Below are positions 60,870 to 64,000 of a stretch of 64,000 nt of DNA, piece by piece (position 1 is the stretch's first letter; each line of letters opens with the position of its first letter). Location: assembly GCA_030390025.1 (NCBI GenBank), contig CM059431.1, positions 144,400,001-144,464,000 on the forward strand, written 5' to 3'. Source of the stretch: Squalus acanthias (Eukaryota). Below the pieces are notes generated by a model, which worked only from the letters and a program-made list of their open reading frames with translations, had not been told where the DNA came from and did not search any database. Position numbers and translations under genes: made by a program.

Positions 60870-62085
60870 TGTAAGGGGTATCATAATGGGGTCACCCTTC
60901 GCTTTCTGACACAGTGAGCGGTTCGAATAGCTCCCACACCCCTCTGGTTCCTAGACTTTGGACTTATTTAGGGGTTTTGAACAATATTGCAGTAAACGGC
61001 AGGTTCTGATGAAAGAATTTTACTTTATTAAAAGGAAAAGGTAACAAACTTGAAACATAATTATTACTTAAACACAGATTGGGGAGCACACGGTATAATC
61101 GAGGGACAATGACTATATATCAAACAAAACCTTATCCCTCCCAAAGATCCCACTATCTTGCTAGGTTTTTGGTTTCAGGAGATCAGGGATAATGCTCACC
61201 AACGAATCCTTGACAGGATTTTAGAGTCCCTTGTTTCTGTGAGGTGTCCGATGGTCACTGAGGCAGTCGCTCTGGTTACTTCTTGCGTGCTGGTCTGTTT
61301 TCTGGCCTTCTTCCTCGTGGCTTTTGGTAGGTTTTGCTGGAGCAGGGAGAGAGCTGTGTCTGCGTGGTCAGCCAGTCCGAAAGGGAGAGAAATTATGGCA
61401 CAGGCTTTCAATTATACTGTTCCTTTTTCGCTCACAAAAAAACCCTTACTAAAACGGATTCCTTTAGGTTGCAAATGAACCTTGCTTAGTCCAATTGTCT
61501 AGTTTTGGCGGGCTTGCCAGTTCCAATGGCTTTTGCTCAGTGTTAAACATGCCTTGTTCGTTTTCCGATTTTAACACATCCTTATCTACGTGCCAAATCT
61601 CCACCCTATTGTCCGAGGTCTTTTGCCGGGCTTTCTTAACTGCTCTGGTCGATCCTTTGGCTGATGGGTTTTTTCATTGGATAATGGGCTATGAAAACTC
61701 TGTGCTGGAAGTTTTATTGTCAGGAATCGTTTTTAGATTTCCAGCATCCTGCTTGCACCTGGGGATTCATATTTGAATGTGTTTGTGAGTTTTTGCTTTG
61801 TCTCCTGCACCTTGGTAGGATTTGCAGTGTAAACAATTCCCAGACAGCTTGATCTGTTCACTGCCTGGCCACGCCCCTCGCAGCTTGTCTTGTGTCTGTG
61901 AATGGTGTCTCTCCCAACAGTAAGATTCAAAAGTCAGTTTCCTCAGGTTTTTCTTCCCTGATCTTTAGGTTTTTACATCAAATCACTTCAATTAGGTCCC
62001 ATCATCCCAAGTTTGTATGCAAGGTCCAAAAATGACTCCCTTTAGGGCTCTGTTCGAGTTTCTGGGGGATTTTGCGAAGCCTACA
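60870..62085 (-). mobile_element. Probable solo LTR (~1.2 kb)
   Basis: TGTA...TACA termini, minus-strand AATAAA near 61024-61029, abruptly truncates the fourth segmental unit; no TSD seen. Confidence 0.45.
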
Positions 62086-63180
62086 TGTGTGAGATCAAGA
62101 GTTTGACATCAGGATTGTGACATCAGGAGTGTGATATCTGGAGTGTGACATCAGACGTCTTACAGCTGGATGTGGAATCAGGAGTGTGACATCTGGAGTG
62201 TGAGAGCTGGAGTGTGAGATCTGCTGTGTCACATCAGCAGTGTGAGATCTGGAATGTGACACCTTGAGTGCACCATCTGGAACGTGACACCGGTATTGTC
62301 ACGTCTGGAGTGTGACATCACTGGTCTGACAGCTGGAGTGAGACATCTGGATTGTGACACCAGATATGTACCTTCTGGAACGTGACATGTTGCGAATGAC
62401 ATCTGGAGTCAAATATCTGAAGTACAACATCAGGATTGTGACAGGAGGAGTGTGACATCTGGAGTGTGACATCACGAGTGTGACATCAAGAGTGTGAAAT
62501 GTGGAGTTTGATATCTGGAGTGTGACATCTGGAGTGCTACATCAGCTGTGTGACATCATGACTTTGACATATGTAGTGAGAAACCTGGATTGCGAGATAA
62601 GAATTGTAACATTATGTGTGTGACATCTGGAGATTGACATCTGTAGTGTGACATCTGCAGTGTTACATCTGGCGTGTTACAACTGGAGTGTGACAGCTGC
62701 AGCATGCCGAAAGACGTATGACATTTGGATTGTGATATCCAGAGTGCGGCATCTGGTGTGTGAGAGCTGGAGTGTGACATCAGGTGTGTGACATCTGGAG
62801 TGTGACATCTGCAGTGTGCCATATGGTGTGTGAAATCTTTATTGTGACATCCAGAGTGTGGCATCTAGTGTATGAGATCTGGAGTGTGACATCAGGATTG
62901 TGACATCAGGAGTGTGACATCTGGAGTTTGACATATGGAGTTTGACATCAGGAATGTAACATCAGGAGTGTGACTTCTGCAGTGTGACATCTGGAGTGTG
63001 ACATTTGAGTGTGGTACATTGAGTCTGAGATCCGGAGTGTCACCTCATTAGTGTGACATGTTGCATAAGACATCAGGATTGTGAAATCATGTTTGTGACT
63101 TCTGGAGTGTGAGATCAGGAGTGTGACATGTGTGTGGCATCTGGAGTGTGACATCTGGGGTGTGATATGTTGTATGTCAT
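62086..63180 (+). repeat. 14-bp minisatellite, about 75 units
   Basis: Unit GGAGTGTGACATCT (variant ..ATCA). Confidence 0.9.
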
Positions 63181-63499
63181 ATTCTGATTTTCTGATCTTG
63201 CACGGAAGGGTTGCGGTAGCCAAGCATTACTTCATCGATAGTGTAAACCGAATTGTGTGTTTTCGACCTCCTTTCATGCCTGCGTTAATTATGAATATTT
63301 CCAGCAACCTTTCCCGAGCAGCTCGTTACTTGTCCAGCCGCTCTATTTCTTACTGTCGCAGTTTTTGTGACAATCTGTGTGTATATATTTGGTTCCTGTT
63401 GAGCAATTCTATGGGAATCGCCATTCTTTGGTTCAAATTACAACCGAGGCAGATATATCATTGCACATCTTCCCTTCTTTGTCCCTGTGATTCTCAGAT

Positions 63500-64000
63500 C
63501 TGACTGAGACAAAAATCTTGTAAAGGGCAAGGAGGGGGAGAAATTCCCAAAATGACTACAGGCATAATCAGCATAATTCCAGCCCAACAGGGAAGGACAT
63601 AGTGCTGGATCAAGTTCTGGGGAATAAAATGCGGCAAGTGCAGAATGTTTCTTCGGGAGAACTTCTGGAAAAAAATGATCATCATATCATTAGGCTTAGC
63701 TTAGCCATGGTATGCAAAAAAAAATAATCAAAGTTGAAGACACTCATCTGGAAGAGGGTTAATTTCAGTGAGTTGAAAGTGGATCTTGCCCAGGTGGATT
63801 GGAAACAAGGATTACCAGGTAATACAGTAATGGGCAATGGGTGGAGTACGAGGAGGAGATAGTTCGGGCTCAGACTAAGGGGGGAAAGAAGGGCATCCAA
63901 TGCTAGAGCTTCCTGGATGACTGAAGACATTAAGGCTATAATGTGTCATTGGATAAATATGAGGCTCTTGATACCATAGAGATTGAAGCAGAATACAGAA
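63500..64000 (+). mobile_element. CR1 LINE endonuclease-region fragment running off the window
   Basis: Similar to 18770-19230 (gtgctggatcaagttctggggaat, gatcatcatatcattagg, ggatcttgcccaggtggattgg). Confidence 0.7.

Noticed and set aside
62556..63223. His/Ser/Cys-rich ORFs
   Set aside because: Translations of the 14-bp satellite.

Overview
Repeat-dense vertebrate genomic DNA, most likely from a cartilaginous fish (HE1-like and Deu-domain tRNA-derived SINEs, many CR1/L2 LINE fragments, Penelope and Vingi relics). Most ORFs in the supplied track are retroelement debris or translated satellites. The main signal is a spliced + strand gene that the ORF track misses. Seven short GT-AG exons (1867-2094, 10679-10808, 11669-11721, 15194-15307, 17652-17708, 23163-23264, 24364-24498) join in frame into an 819-nt CDS (272 aa). 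The protein has an N-terminal pyrin-like death-fold domain, a polar linker with a DAPD/G motif, and a four-TM MS4A/CD20-like module, an architecture I do not recognise. The window also holds a probable decayed Ig/TCR V relic in one intron, three transposon-derived minisatellite families (48, 33 and 42 bp), a 14-bp satellite, a 190-bp near-perfect Penelope palindrome with a 14-bp TSD, a ~5.4-kb tandem segmental triplication, a duplicated promoter/leader-like block and a probable solo LTR. Splicing and family calls were made by eye and need RNA-seq and HMM confirmation. Transposon boundaries are approximate.
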